The notes: generated by a model from the letters alone, not told the origin. 64,000 bases of DNA from Myxococcales bacterium (GCA_029880325.1 JAOUOP010000018.1:58055-122054); one strand, 5' to 3'. Positions 18,622-28,726 are shown, counted from the stretch's first letter. Translations and numbers: made by a program.

Positions 18622-18993
18622 TCAGCCGGAGTCGCCGGCTTGGCCGCAGAGTTCGGCCACCAGGCGCAGGACTTCACGCGTCTCAAAGGGCTTTTCCAGG
18701 TAGTGGTCGGCGCTGGTGGCCTGATGCGGGTCGGCGGGCTCGCCCGAAGCCACGATCACGGGCAATGATGGATGGTGCTCTCGCAGCCACTCCACCAGCG
18801 CCCAGCCGGGTACGTCGGGCAGCCCCAAGTCCGCGATTACCAGGTCAAATCGGGGACCGGCACCGAGCAGCTCCTTGGCGCGTCCGGCGTCGGCCGCCAG
18901 CTCCACGGCATAGCCGCCGCGTACCAGCGTTCGCCGGTAGATCTTTTGCAGCATCGGGTCGTCGTCGACCACCAGGACCGTGCGCGCACTCAT
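18622..18993 (-). CDS. Single-domain response regulator (CheY-like receiver)
   Basis: VLVVDDD.., phospho-acceptor context DLVIADLGLPD, ..VIVASG.., ..YLEKPF.. 123 aa, with no output domain. Confidence 0.9.
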   Translation of the reverse strand: MSARTVLVVDDDPMLQKIYRRTLVRGGYAVELAADAGRAKELLGAGPRFDLVIADLGLPDVPGWALVEWLREHHPSLPVIVASGEPADPHQATSADHYLEKPFETREVLRLVAELCGQAGDSG

Positions 18994-19145
18994 TCGCTTC
19001 TGCTCGCCGGTGGGACGAAAACACGCCCCCAGGCAGCCAGTGAATTCCGGCAGCCCGGGAGGCCGATGTCAATGCCTCAGCCCCCCACAGCGGCCGATTG
19101 CTGCTGTGAGAGCTTGGACACGAACGCAGACCTGGGAAAAACCCC

Positions 19146-19769
19146 TCAGCCCGCTTCGGAAAAGCCGTAGGGCAGGGCAGCCTCGACCTCGGCCAGCTGC
19201 TTCGCACCCTCCAACAGCTCCGTGGTGGAATCCCAGCGCCCGCTCAACAGCTGCCCGCGCGGGCCCTCGGGCATGGTGGCGTCGATGCCGTCGCCCGCGG
19301 CCCCGAAGCTCACGCGCCCGGCTTCAAGGTCCAGCGTGAGCGCGAGTTCCGGGTCGGCGTCAACCGCAGCCATCAGACGGCGGATGGCCGCGGGCTCGGC
19401 CGTGACGCAGGGAATGCCCAGGGCGACGCAGTTGCCGAAGAAAATCTCGGCAAAACTCTCGCCGACCACCGCCTTGATGCCCCTGTGCCAGCGCATCAGG
19501 GCCTGGGGCGCGTGCTCGCGCGAGCTGCCACAGCCGAAGTTGCGATTGACCACCAGGATCTCGGCCTCGGCACGTTCGGGACGATCGAAGGGATGCTGCT
19601 GGCCGGCCTCGGCCAGCTGTTTGCGGTCGTCCTCGAAGGCGTGCTCGCCGAGTCCGTCGAAGGTGACCGCGCGCAGGTAGCGGGCGGGGATGATGCGGTC
19701 GGTGTCGATGTCATTGCCTGAAAGGGCCACCGCCCGGCCACTGATGCGTGTGCGCTTGACGTCTTGCAT
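19146..19769 (-). CDS. leuD: 3-isopropylmalate dehydratase small subunit
   Basis: ..[13 protein letters not shown].. and ..[15 protein letters not shown].. motifs. Directly downstream of leuC. Confidence 0.93.
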   Translation of the reverse strand: MQDVKRTRISGRAVALSGNDIDTDRIIPARYLRAVTFDGLGEHAFEDDRKQLAEAGQQHPFDRPERAEAEILVVNRNFGCGSSREHAPQALMRWHRGIKAVVGESFAEIFFGNCVALGIPCVTAEPAAIRRLMAAVDADPELALTLDLEAGRVSFGAAGDGIDATMPEGPRGQLLSGRWDSTTELLEGAKQLAEVEAALPYGFSEAG

Positions 19770-19818
19770 GGTGTGTTCTCTCTATGTGCTTGCGTTGAAG
19801 ACTCGGATGGTCGCGGCC

Positions 19819-21234
19819 TCAGCTGACCCCAAAGACGCTGCGGGCGTCGGCCACTTCGCCGCAGACCGCCGCGGCGGCCACCATCAGCGGCGACATCAGC
19901 AACGTGCGTCCGGTGGGCGACCCCTGGCGGCCCTTGAAGTTGCGATTGGACGACGATGCGCACAGCTCGCGCCCGGCGAGCTTGTCCGGGTTCATCGCCA
20001 GGCACATGGAACAGCCGGCCTCGCGAAATTCGAAGCCCGCCTCCTCGAAAACGCGGTCATAGCCCGCTTCGACCAACCGCGCCCTCACCTTCTGCGAACC
20101 AGGCACGACCAATGCGCGCACGCCCTTCGCCACCCTCTTGCCGCTCTTTTGCAGGTGCTTGACCACCTCCTCGAAGTCGCTAAAGCGGCCGTTGGTGCAG
20201 GAGCCGATAAAGGCCACGTCGACTTTCTTGCCGGCGATGGCACTGCCGGGCTCGAAGTCCATGTAGGCGTAGGCCTCGCGCACCACCTCGCGGTCGGCCT
20301 CCTCGAAGCGCTCGGGCTCGGGGACCTGCCCGCCCACCGAGGTCGACTGGGCCGGCGTGATGCCCCAGGTCACCATCGGCTCGATGTCGGCGGCGTCGTA
20401 ACGCACCACCTCGGCGTACTCGGCGTCGGAATCGCTCCTCACCGACTGCCAGTATTCGCGGGCGCGATCCCAGGCCGCGCCGCTGGGGGCGTAGGGACGC
20501 CCCTTCAAGTACCCGTAGGTGGTCTCGTCGGGGTTGACGTAGCCGACCCGTGCGCCGCCCTCGATGGACATGTTGCAGACCGTCATGCGCTCTTCCATGG
20601 AGAACCCCTCGAAGACGCTGCCAGCGAATTCGTAGGCGTAGCCGACGCCGCCCTGCACGCCGAGCTGCTGGATGATGTAGAGGATCACGTCCTTGGCGTA
20701 AACTCCAGGTGAAAGCCTGCCCTCGACCTCGATGCGGCGCACCTTCAGTCGACCCATGGCCAGCGACTGGGTGGCCAGAACGTCGCGCACCTGGGAAGTG
20801 CCGATGCCGAAGGCGATGGCGCCGAAGGCACCGTGGGTGGAGGTGTGGGAGTCGCCGCAGCAGACCGTCATGCCCGGTTGGGTCAGGCCAAGCTCCGGCC
20901 CCACCACATGCACGATGCCCTGCTCACCCTGCTCGGGCGAGAGGTAGCGAATGCCGTTGTCCTTGCAGTTATTCTCCAGCTCCACGAGCATCTGCTCGGC
21001 CAGATCATCGGCGAACGGGCGCAATTGACTCGTAGTTGGGATGATATGATCGCAGGTGGCGAAGGTTCGCCCCGGATAGGCAACCGACAGGCCGCGCTCG
21101 CGCAACATGGCAAAGGCCTGAGGCGAGGTGACCTCGTGGATCAGGTGCAGGCCCATCATCAGCTGGTACTGACCGGACTCCAGCTTGCGAACGGCGTGCT
21201 TGTCGAAAACCTTGTCGTACAGACTTTTACCCAT
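19819..21234 (-). CDS. leuC: 3-isopropylmalate dehydratase large subunit
   Basis: [50 protein letters not shown].. The real start is the ATG at 21234, giving 471 aa. The upstream part of track ORF 19819..21591 overlaps the MarR gene and is Arg/Gly noise. Confidence 0.95.
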   Translation of the reverse strand: MGKSLYDKVFDKHAVRKLESGQYQLMMGLHLIHEVTSPQAFAMLRERGLSVAYPGRTFATCDHIIPTTSQLRPFADDLAEQMLVELENNCKDNGIRYLSPEQGEQGIVHVVGPELGLTQPGMTVCCGDSHTSTHGAFGAIAFGIGTSQVRDVLATQSLAMGRLKVRRIEVEGRLSPGVYAKDVILYIIQQLGVQGGVGYAYEFAGSVFEGFSMEERMTVCNMSIEGGARVGYVNPDETTYGYLKGRPYAPSGAAWDRAREYWQSVRSDSDAEYAEVVRYDAADIEPMVTWGITPAQSTSVGGQVPEPERFEEADREVVREAYAYMDFEPGSAIAGKKVDVAFIGSCTNGRFSDFEEVVKHLQKSGKRVAKGVRALVVPGSQKVRARLVEAGYDRVFEEAGFEFREAGCSMCLAMNPDKLAGRELCASSSNRNFKGRQGSPTGRTLLMSPLMVAAAAVCGEVADARSVFGVS

Positions 21235-21260
21235 GATCTGCTCCTGTGTGGCCCGGGCCC

Positions 21261-21713
21261 TCAGTCGGCATCCCGGTAAGACTCGATGCGGGCGACCAGC
21301 GCGTCGCCCAGGACATTGAAAGCCGCGACCTGCTCGGCCGGCAGGTCCGACCAGATCTCGGCGATGGCCCGCTCGCGGTAGCCGCGCAGCCGCTCCATGG
21401 TGACCTGGCCGTGGCGGCTCAGCCGATAGTGGCGCTGGCGCCCGTCGCCGGCCGCGACCTCCACTTCGACCAGCCCCTTGTCCAAGAGCTGCCGCAGCAC
21501 CTTGGACACCGCCGCCGGCGTGCTCTGACGCTCGCGGGCGAACATGGAGGGCATGAAGTGCTCGCTGGCGATCTCCTCCAACACCCGCCACTGGGCCTCG
21601 CTCAGCCCCACGCGCGCCGAAAGCTCCCGGCGCCGTACCTGGAAGAGGTCGGTCAACCGCTGAAGCAGCTCGATGGCGCGGTGGATGTCGCGGGTTTCTG
21701 TGGCCGGGGCCAT
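21261..21713 (-). CDS. MarR-family transcriptional regulator
   Basis: ..[51 protein letters not shown].. is a winged HTH. The probable start is MAPATETRD at 21713. Confidence 0.85.
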   Translation of the reverse strand: MAPATETRDIHRAIELLQRLTDLFQVRRRELSARVGLSEAQWRVLEEIASEHFMPSMFARERQSTPAAVSKVLRQLLDKGLVEVEVAAGDGRQRHYRLSRHGQVTMERLRGYRERAIAEIWSDLPAEQVAAFNVLGDALVARIESYRDAD

Positions 21714-21748
21714 TCTCAAATAGTTAACTACACTCAATAGTTTGTCAA
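21714..21748 (-). promoter_or_regulatory. Candidate sigma-70-type promoter (leaderless) with a palindromic MarR-type operator
   Basis: The minus strand reads TTGACA (21748-21743), a 17-nt spacer, AACTAT (21725-21720), 6 nt, then ATG (21713). The perfect palindrome TAGTTAACTA (21721-21730) overlaps the -10. The region is locally AT-rich in a GC-rich genome. Confidence 0.5.
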
Positions 21749-21796
21749 GGAAAACTTCTCGCCCGTCCCAAGCCATGGCAACCTTTCGGTCTTGTC

Positions 21797-23029
21797 ATGC
21801 GATCGGAGCCGCAGCCCATGCCATCGACCCGAACGACCCGATTTTACTGGTTTTTTCTTGCCCTCCTCGGCGCTGGGGCGTGCGGCGACGACGGCGCTTC
21901 GGGCCCTGTCGGCGGCGGCGACGGCGGCGTGGACGACGGCGGCCTGCCGGTCGATTCCGGCAACCCGGCCGACCGCACCAACAAGCTCGCCGGCGACCCC
22001 GTGGTGCGCGGTCCCAGCATCGAAGAGCTGGCCGACATGCTGGTGATGGCCCTCTGCACCGAGATCGAAGCCTGCCTGGGCGCCGATGTGCTGGCCCAGA
22101 GCTTCGGCGACGAGAGCTGCGTCGAACGCTTCGGCGCCCAGCTCGACGACGGCGGTTTCGCTCGGGTCCAGGACGCCGTCGACGACGGCCGCGTGAGCTA
22201 CGACCCCAGCGCCACCGACGCCTGCCTGGCCTCGCTCACGGGCCTCGGCTGTGACGTGGGCACCCGGCGCATCGAGAGCGACGAAAACTGCGCCGCGATC
22301 TTCGTCGGCAGCGTGGAGCCCGGCGGCGCCTGCGCGCTCGACGCCGACTGCAAGGGCACCGCCTTCTGTCAGCTCGGCGACAGCTGCCCCGGCACCTGTA
22401 CCGAGCTGCTGGCGGCGGGCCAGGCCTGCACCGACGACGACGAGTGCCAGGACGGCCTCGGCTGCGACGAGCTGAGTCTGCGCTGCGTTCGTCCGGCCCA
22501 ACTCGGCGAGAGCTGCGGCGGCAGCATCGCGGCCGACTGCAAGCTGGGCCTCAGCTGCGTGGGCGACGACGAGGACATGGGCATCGCCGGCAGCTGCCAG
22601 GATCCGGCCGGCTTCTGGGTCGGCGAGCTGGGCGAGACCTGTAACTTCGACACCGCCACGCTCTGCGTCGAGGGCCTCTCCTGCGTGATCGAGGTCAGCC
22701 TCAGCGGCGCCACCTTCACCTGCCAGGAGCCCGTCGGCTCGGGCGAGCCCTGCAAGGTGGGCCTGCCCATGCCCTGCCCCGCGGGCGAGTACTGCGACGG
22801 CGACGTCTTCAATAACGACTTCGCCGGCGACTGCGTGCCGCTGCCGGGTGCGGGCGAGCCCTGCGCCCAGACCTTCGGCGCCGTATGTGCTCCGGGGCTG
22901 CAGTGCGACGAGGACGAAAAGTGCCGCCCGGTCAACCGCCTGGGCCAGCCCTGCATCAGCGACAAGGGCTGCGCCAGCGACTACTGCCAGGACGGCCTGT
23001 GCATCGAGCCCCCGCTGTGCACATTGTAG
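21797..23029 (+). CDS. Cysteine-rich secreted lipoprotein
   Basis: ..TTRFYWFFLALLGAGACGDD (lipobox). Repeated C-x-D-x-C-x-GL-x-C units occur, e.g. CTDDDECQDGLGCDELSLRC, CAPGLQCDEDEKC, CISDKGCASDYCQDGLC. The start could be the ATG at 21818. Confidence 0.8.
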   Translation: MRSEPQPMPSTRTTRFYWFFLALLGAGACGDDGASGPVGGGDGGVDDGGLPVDSGNPADRTNKLAGDPVVRGPSIEELADMLVMALCTEIEACLGADVLAQSFGDESCVERFGAQLDDGGFARVQDAVDDGRVSYDPSATDACLASLTGLGCDVGTRRIESDENCAAIFVGSVEPGGACALDADCKGTAFCQLGDSCPGTCTELLAAGQACTDDDECQDGLGCDELSLRCVRPAQLGESCGGSIAADCKLGLSCVGDDEDMGIAGSCQDPAGFWVGELGETCNFDTATLCVEGLSCVIEVSLSGATFTCQEPVGSGEPCKVGLPMPCPAGEYCDGDVFNNDFAGDCVPLPGAGEPCAQTFGAVCAPGLQCDEDEKCRPVNRLGQPCISDKGCASDYCQDGLCIEPPLCTL

Positions 23030-23075
23030 ATGTAAACCGTCGGCGCGCGCACCGAGCTTCCGCGGCGGAGATCCC

Positions 23076-23630
23076 ATGAGCAAAGTCATCGACGAACTGG
23101 ACCGCGACCATCGCAATCTCGAGGCCCTCCTCCACGTGCTCGAGCACCAGCTCGAGCAGCTGCGCCGCGGCGGCGACCCGGACTACCGGCTGATCGAAGA
23201 GGTACTCGACTACTGCACCTCCTACGCCGACCAGCGCCACCATCCCATCGAAGATCGGGTCTACGCAGCCCTGGAACGCGATTCAGGCACCATCGGCGAG
23301 CTCAGCCGCGGGCTGCACGAGGATCACGAAAACCTGGCCGCGCTGACTGCGACCTTCCACGAACGCATCGAAGACGTGCTGGGCGACGGCATGATGCCTC
23401 GCGACGCATTGATCGAGCTGGGCGAGCGCTTTCTGACCGACTACAGAAACCACATGCGCCTGGAAGAACGTTTCCTCTTCCCCGCCGCCAAGAAAGCGCT
23501 GAGCGATGGCGACTGGGCGGCCATCGGCGCCGCCTACGAAGCGATTGAAGATCCCGTCTTCGGCGAGGCGGGCGAAGCGCGCTTTGCCGCGCTGCGGGCC
23601 CACATCCACGCACTCGATCGCATCGAATGA
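23076..23630 (+). CDS. Hemerythrin (HHE cation-binding) domain protein
   Basis: MSKVIDELDRDHRNLEALL.., ..YADQRHHPIEDRVY.., ..HEDHENL.., ..NHMRLEERFLFP.. The start is at the ATG at 23076, within track ORF 22848..23630. Confidence 0.85.
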   Translation: MSKVIDELDRDHRNLEALLHVLEHQLEQLRRGGDPDYRLIEEVLDYCTSYADQRHHPIEDRVYAALERDSGTIGELSRGLHEDHENLAALTATFHERIEDVLGDGMMPRDALIELGERFLTDYRNHMRLEERFLFPAAKKALSDGDWAAIGAAYEAIEDPVFGEAGEARFAALRAHIHALDRIE

Positions 23631-24133
23631 GCGAGCCCCCGAGCGAACTTTCCGAGCGCCCCAGCCGCTCCGAGCTGAAGCGTCGCGCCGCCGAAGTCAG
23701 CCGCCTGGCCGAACGCCTGGCCGAGTTGCCCGAGCGCGATCTGGACGCCATCGTGGCCGACGACGAAGTCCGCGAAGCCATCGCCCAGTGCCGCCCGCTG
23801 CGCAAGAACGCCAGAAGCCGCCAGCTGCGCCTGATTGCCAAACTCCTGCGCGCAAGCGATCGCGGCCCCATCGAAGCGGGCCTGAGCCAACTGGAGGGCA
23901 AGCATCGCAAGCGCGTGCGCCGCGAACACGAGCAGGAGGCCTGGCGCCAGCGCCTGTTGAGCGAAGGCGATCGCGCCCTGGACGAACTCGTTGAGCTTTA
24001 CCCCGAAGCCGATCGCAACCACCTGCGCACACTCATCCGCAGCGCGCGCAAGGAGCCACCGAGCCCGCGCAGCAAGCACGCCTCCCGCGAGATCCTACGC
24101 AGCCTGACGACAATTGTCGGCCGCGAGGGCTGA
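23627..24133 (+). CDS. darP: Ribosome-associated protein DarP/YjgA (DUF615)
   Basis: ..SRSELKRRAAEVSRLAERL.., ..ARSRQLRLIAKLLR.., ..DRNHLRTLIRSARKE.. run colinear with E. coli YjgA as I remember it. The ATG overlaps the hemerythrin stop (ATGA). Confidence 0.8.
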   Translation: MSEPPSELSERPSRSELKRRAAEVSRLAERLAELPERDLDAIVADDEVREAIAQCRPLRKNARSRQLRLIAKLLRASDRGPIEAGLSQLEGKHRKRVRREHEQEAWRQRLLSEGDRALDELVELYPEADRNHLRTLIRSARKEPPSPRSKHASREILRSLTTIVGREG

Positions 24134-24185
24134 GCCAGCCCGCGATCCGGGGTATGAAGGTCCCGCGCCCCAAGGCCGCGCAGCC

Positions 24186-25520
24186 ATGATCAAGTACATC
24201 GGCTCCAAGCGCACCCTGACCTCGCTGCTGGTCTCGATTCTGGAAGCACTCCCGAACTTCCACTCGATCATCGATCTGTTCTCGGGGACCTCGCGTGTGG
24301 GCCACGCCTTCAAGGCCGCCGGCTATCGCGTCGCCAGCAACGACCTCAACGCCTACGCCCACAGCCTGGCCACCTGCTACGTGCAGGCCGACCGCGAGCG
24401 CGTGGAGCGCGACGCCCGGCGCTTGATCGCCGAATTCAGCCGCCTGCCGGGCCGCGACGGCTACTTCACCGAGACCTTCTGTCGCCGCTCGCGTTTCTTT
24501 CAGCCCCACAACGGCGCCCGCGTCGACGCCATCCGCGAGGCGATCGCGGCGCGAAATCTGGATCCTGAGCTCGAACACGTGCTGCTGGTCTCGCTGATGG
24601 AAGCCGCCGATCGCGTCGACTCCACCTGCGGGTTGCAGATGGCCTACGTCAAGAGCTGGGCCAAGCGCGCCTACAATAACCTGGAGTTACGACTGCCCGA
24701 AGTACTGCCGGCTTTGCCGCAGGGCCGCTGCGAAGCCCACCGCCTCGACGCACGACAGGCCGCGCGCGAGCTACGCGCCGATGTGGCCTACCTGGACCCG
24801 CCCTACAACAGCCACTCCTACCTGGGCAACTACCACATCTGGGAGAGCCTGGTGCTGTGGGACAAACCTGAAGTTTATGGCGTGGCCTGCAAACGCGTGG
24901 ACTGCCGCACGCGCAAGAGCGACTTCAACCAAAGACGCCGCCACGTGGAAGCCTTCCAGGAAACCTACCGGGCGCTCGACTGCCCGCTGGTGATGGTCTC
25001 TTTCAACAACGAGGGCTTCCAGAGCCGCCAACAGATGCAGGCCCTGCTGGCCGAGCGAGGCCCGGTCTTCGTGATCAGCCGCGACTTCAAGCGCTACGTG
25101 GGCGCCCAGATCGGCATCCACAATCCGAAAGGAGAGCGCGTCGGAGAGGTCACCCACCTCAACAACAAGGAGTTCATCTACCTGGTGCCGACCGAAGCCG
25201 GTCGGCGCACGGTGGGCCTCGAAGCTCGCCTGCGGGCGATCGCCGAGCGCGCAGACGAGCCCAAAACGCCAAAGGCGCCCCAGCGCAGGCGAGCGGCCCG
25301 CGCGCCCGTGCGCGACACCGACGCCCTGCGCGCTCGCATCCTGCAGGCACTGCGTCGCCGCGGCCCCCAGTCCATGGCGGAGCTCGGGCGTGCCCTGCAG
25401 CTCAGCGAATACCACCTGCGCTTGCACCTTGGAGCCCTTGCAAACGCCGGCGCCGTACGCCGCGACGAAGCGGGACGCCCGCGGCGCTACAGACTGGCGG
25501 AGCAAATCGCCGATGGTTGA
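24186..25520 (+). CDS. Dam-like (D12 class, alpha-type) N6-adenine DNA methyltransferase with a C-terminal winged-helix extension
   Basis: MIKYIGSKR (like Dam KWAGGK), DLFSGTSRVG (motif I) and AYLDPPYN (motif IV) about 150 aa later. The C-terminal 80 aa, ..ILQALRRRGPQSMAELGRALQLSEYHLRLHLGALANAGAVRRDEAGRPRRYRL, is ArsR-like wHTH. Confidence 0.85.
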   Translation: MIKYIGSKRTLTSLLVSILEALPNFHSIIDLFSGTSRVGHAFKAAGYRVASNDLNAYAHSLATCYVQADRERVERDARRLIAEFSRLPGRDGYFTETFCRRSRFFQPHNGARVDAIREAIAARNLDPELEHVLLVSLMEAADRVDSTCGLQMAYVKSWAKRAYNNLELRLPEVLPALPQGRCEAHRLDARQAARELRADVAYLDPPYNSHSYLGNYHIWESLVLWDKPEVYGVACKRVDCRTRKSDFNQRRRHVEAFQETYRALDCPLVMVSFNNEGFQSRQQMQALLAERGPVFVISRDFKRYVGAQIGIHNPKGERVGEVTHLNNKEFIYLVPTEAGRRTVGLEARLRAIAERADEPKTPKAPQRRRAARAPVRDTDALRARILQALRRRGPQSMAELGRALQLSEYHLRLHLGALANAGAVRRDEAGRPRRYRLAEQIADG

Positions 25521-26454
25521 CCACCACGCAGCCGCAGCACCCCTTGCCGCCGGCCGGGACTACGTGGGATACCCCGCCGACGTGGGCGAACGCAGCCGCA
25601 TTCCCTCGCGCATCACCCTGGCCAGCGTCCTGCTGAGCGTGGTGCTGACGGTCCCGCTGGTCGCCGTCTACCTGACCTACGGAAGCCAGCTGGCGCTGGC
25701 CCAGGCGGCCGACAGCTTCACCGACGCCTTCACGGCCCTGGCCCTGCTCTACTCGCTGCACGTGGGCTCGCAGCCGGCCGACGCCGAGCACCCCCGCGGC
25801 CACCACCGGGCCGAACCGATCGCGGCGCTGGTGGCGGCGGTGCTGGCCGGGGTGCTGGCGGTGGAGGTCTTCCACCGCGCTCTCGATGCATTGAGCACCG
25901 AAACGCCCGCGGTGATGGGCTGGCCCCTGGCGGCGGCATTCGCGGTCAAAGTGGTGGCCAAGACACTGCTCAGCTCGGTGTCGGGGCGCTACTACCGAAA
26001 GCTCGGCAGCCCTGCCCTACAAGCGCTCCAGGTCGACGCCAGAAACGACGTGCTGGTGGGGCTACTGGCCCTGGTCGGCTTCTTCGCCGCCCGCTACGGC
26101 TCCAGCGGCTGGGACGCCTGGCTGGCGCTGCCCATCGCCTGCTGGATCGCGGCGGCGGGCCTGGGTCTGGCGCGCGAAAATATTCGCTTCCTGATGGGCG
26201 AGGCACCGCCCGAAGCGCGACAGCAAGAGCTGATGCAAATCGCCGGCGAGACCCGTGGCGTCGACTCGGTGCATGCGCTGACCGCGCGCTACGACGGCAC
26301 CGGCCTCGACGTCACGCTGCATGTGGTGGTCGACGAGAACCTGGTGCTGCGCGACGCCCACGACATCGCAGAGAGCGTCGAACTGCGCCTGATGCAGGAA
26401 CCCGACGTGCTGCACGCCATGGTGCACGTGGACGTGGAAGCCGATCACGCCTAA
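25513..26454 (+). CDS. Cation diffusion facilitator (CDF) family metal efflux transporter
   Basis: ..SQLALAQAADSFTDAFTAL.., six hydrophobic segments, and a C-terminal cytoplasmic domain ..VHALTARYDGTGLDVTLHVVVD.. The ATG at 25513 overlaps the methyltransferase end by 8 nt. Confidence 0.85.
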   Translation: MVDHHAAAAPLAAGRDYVGYPADVGERSRIPSRITLASVLLSVVLTVPLVAVYLTYGSQLALAQAADSFTDAFTALALLYSLHVGSQPADAEHPRGHHRAEPIAALVAAVLAGVLAVEVFHRALDALSTETPAVMGWPLAAAFAVKVVAKTLLSSVSGRYYRKLGSPALQALQVDARNDVLVGLLALVGFFAARYGSSGWDAWLALPIACWIAAAGLGLARENIRFLMGEAPPEARQQELMQIAGETRGVDSVHALTARYDGTGLDVTLHVVVDENLVLRDAHDIAESVELRLMQEPDVLHAMVHVDVEADHA

Positions 26455-27071
26455 GGGCTTACAGCGGCGCCCAAAGCCGCCCGCTTCAGCAAGGCCCTGA
26501 GCAACTCGTCTCGGCCCAGACGTTCACTGGAGCTGAAGGCCATCACGGGCCGGCCTGCCTGGCGCTCGATGGCGAGCATCGCCGGCTTGCGCCGATTGCG
26601 CGGCAGCTTGTCGAGCTTGGTCGCCACCAGCAGCGCCTCGCGGTCGATGTGCTGGAGAAACTCCAGCAGCTGCGAGTCTTCCTCGAGCAATCCGCGGCGC
26701 ACGTCGATGATCAGCACCACGCAGCGCAGGCCCGCCCGCTGCTGCAGGTAACCTTCGATCATCGGCCCCCACGACATGCGCTCGCTCTTGCTGCGGCGCG
26801 CGTAGCCGTAGCCCGGCAGGTCGACCAAATCGAACGTGCCGGCGCTCAGCTCGACGCGAAAGAGATTCAAGCCCCGGGTGCAGCCGGGCGTCGAGCTGGT
26901 GCGCACCAGGTTGCGGCGGCCCAGCAGCGTGTTGATCAGGCTCGACTTGCCCACATTGGAGCGCCCGGCGAAGGCCAGCTCCGCGTAGATCGGCGGCGGC
27001 AGGCCCTGTACGGCCGTGGCAGAAGCGACGAAGCGGGCGTCGTGAATGGCCGGTGGGGGCTGCTGTGTCAT
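26451..27071 (-). CDS. engB: Ribosome biogenesis GTP-binding protein YihA/YsxC
   Basis: ..AFAGRSNVGKSSLINTL (G1), DLPGYGY (G3), ATKLDK (G4). The start MTQQPPP at 27071 overlaps the murJ stop (ATGA). Confidence 0.9.
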   Translation of the reverse strand: MTQQPPPAIHDARFVASATAVQGLPPPIYAELAFAGRSNVGKSSLINTLLGRRNLVRTSSTPGCTRGLNLFRVELSAGTFDLVDLPGYGYARRSKSERMSWGPMIEGYLQQRAGLRCVVLIIDVRRGLLEEDSQLLEFLQHIDREALLVATKLDKLPRNRRKPAMLAIERQAGRPVMAFSSSERLGRDELLRALLKRAALGAAVSP

Positions 27072-28726
27072 GGGTCGGGGGCCGCGGAGTCGGAAGCTGC
27101 GCCACCCGGGGCGACCCTGCGGCGCAGGGCGTCGGTCAGCGCCGTCAACTCGCCGGAGCCCAAGAGGTAGCTCGCCGCCAGGTACACCGCCAGTCCAAAG
27201 CACAAAAGCAGGACAAAGACGCCCAGGTTCGGCAGGTGCCCCCCGCCCAGCTCCCAGCGCCCGAGCACGGCGATTTCATGGATCACCACGCCCATGACAG
27301 TGGCCGCCACACCCGCGCGCACCAGGGCGACCAGCAAAGGTCGCAGCTCCAGCACCCCCAACCGGCGCCGTAGCATGATGAGCAAGAGCAGCAGCTGCAA
27401 GAGCGCCGCCGCGCTGGTCGCCGCCGCGATCGCCACGTGGCCCCACGGCGCCATGGTGGCGGCACTGAGCGCGACAAAGGTCAGCAGATTCGCCGCCGCA
27501 CACAGCACCGGCGTGCGCGTATCGTTGTAGGCGTAGAACATGCGCGTGGTGGTATGGGTCGCCGCCACCGCCCACACTCCCGGCGCCAGCCAAGCCAACG
27601 CGCGCGCGGTCTGCACCACCTGCTCGCGGCCGAAAGCGCCGCGCCCGAAGATCATGCAGACGGTGGGCTCGGCGATCACGCTCAGGGCCACCGCCGCGGG
27701 CACGGCGATAAACAGCGAGAGCCTGAGACTGTGCCCAAAGGCCTCGCGCGCGGCGGCGTCGTCGCCCTGGCTGTGCAGGCGGGCGAAGCTCGGCAGGGCC
27801 GCCGAAGCCACCGCCACCGCGAACATGCCCTGGGGGATCTCCACCAGCCGCTGGGCGTAATAGAGGTAGCTCTGGGCTCCCGACGGCAGAAACGACGCCA
27901 GCAGCCGCGAGAGCAGGATGTTGAGCTGGTAGACGCCGGTGCCGAGCACCAGCGGCGCGATCAGCAGAAAGCTTCGCCGCACCTGGGGGTCGCCCACGGC
28001 CAAGCGCGGTCGCGGCGACAGCCCGTGCCGGCGCAGACTCGGCACCTGCACCAGCACCTGCAGGGCACCGCCGACCAACGCCGCCAGCCCGAGCCCCGCC
28101 ACCGACTCCAGTCCCAGGCCGAGGGCCACGGGCACGAAGAGCCAGGGAGTGGCGATCAGCGCCAGATTCAACAGCGCCGGACTGAAAGCCGGCAGCAGAA
28201 AGCGCCCCACGGCGTTGAGGGCGCCACTGAGCAGGGCGGCCACGCCAGCAAAAAGAATGTAGGGGAAGACCAGGGCCGTCAGCTGCACCACGGTGGAGAA
28301 CTTGCCGGCATCACCTCGGTAGCCGCCACCGTAGAGCATGGCCAAGAGCGGCGCCCCGAGCACCCCCAGGGCGCTGACCAGCAGCAGCGTCAAAAGCAGC
28401 GCACCGCAGAAGCGCTGCAGATAGAGGCGGGCCTGCTCGCGCCCCTCGCGCTCGTCGAGCTCGCTGAAGATCGGGATGAAGGCCGCCGACACCGCCCCTT
28501 CGCCCAGCACCCGCCGCAGGGTGTTGGGGATCGTCCAGGCCACGAAGAACGCGTCGGTGGCAGGCAGGGCGAAGCTCGCCGCGATCACCGCGTCGCGCAC
28601 GGCTCCCAAGAGGCGTGACCCCAGAGTACCCAGCGCCGCAAGGCCGGCCCGCCGGGTGATCGCATTGCCCTCGGCGGCCGACTCGACCATGGCAGCTGTA
28701 TCGGCCCGGCGGGCGCCCGGTGTCAA
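27068..28726 (-). CDS. murJ: Lipid II flippase MurJ (MviN)
   Basis: ..LGSRLLGAVRDAVIAASFALPATDAFFVAWTIPNTLRRVLGEGAVSAAFIPIF.. and about 14 TM segments. The start may be the internal MVESAAEG at 28690. Confidence 0.9.
   Translation of the reverse strand: MTPGARRADTAAMVESAAEGNAITRRAGLAALGTLGSRLLGAVRDAVIAASFALPATDAFFVAWTIPNTLRRVLGEGAVSAAFIPIFSELDEREGREQARLYLQRFCGALLLTLLLVSALGVLGAPLLAMLYGGGYRGDAGKFSTVVQLTALVFPYILFAGVAALLSGALNAVGRFLLPAFSPALLNLALIATPWLFVPVALGLGLESVAGLGLAALVGGALQVLVQVPSLRRHGLSPRPRLAVGDPQVRRSFLLIAPLVLGTGVYQLNILLSRLLASFLPSGAQSYLYYAQRLVEIPQGMFAVAVASAALPSFARLHSQGDDAAAREAFGHSLRLSLFIAVPAAVALSVIAEPTVCMIFGRGAFGREQVVQTARALAWLAPGVWAVAATHTTTRMFYAYNDTRTPVLCAAANLLTFVALSAATMAPWGHVAIAAATSAAALLQLLLLLIMLRRRLGVLELRPLLVALVRAGVAATVMGVVIHEIAVLGRWELGGGHLPNLGVFVLLLCFGLAVYLAASYLLGSGELTALTDALRRRVAPGGAASDSAAPDP

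Noticed and set aside
24186-25520. Restriction-modification system around the adenine methyltransferase
   Set aside because: The neighbours are clearly hemerythrin, DarP/YjgA and a CDF transporter. No nuclease-like ORF (PD-(D/E)xK, HNH etc.) was recognisable in either direction, so it is treated as an orphan methyltransferase.
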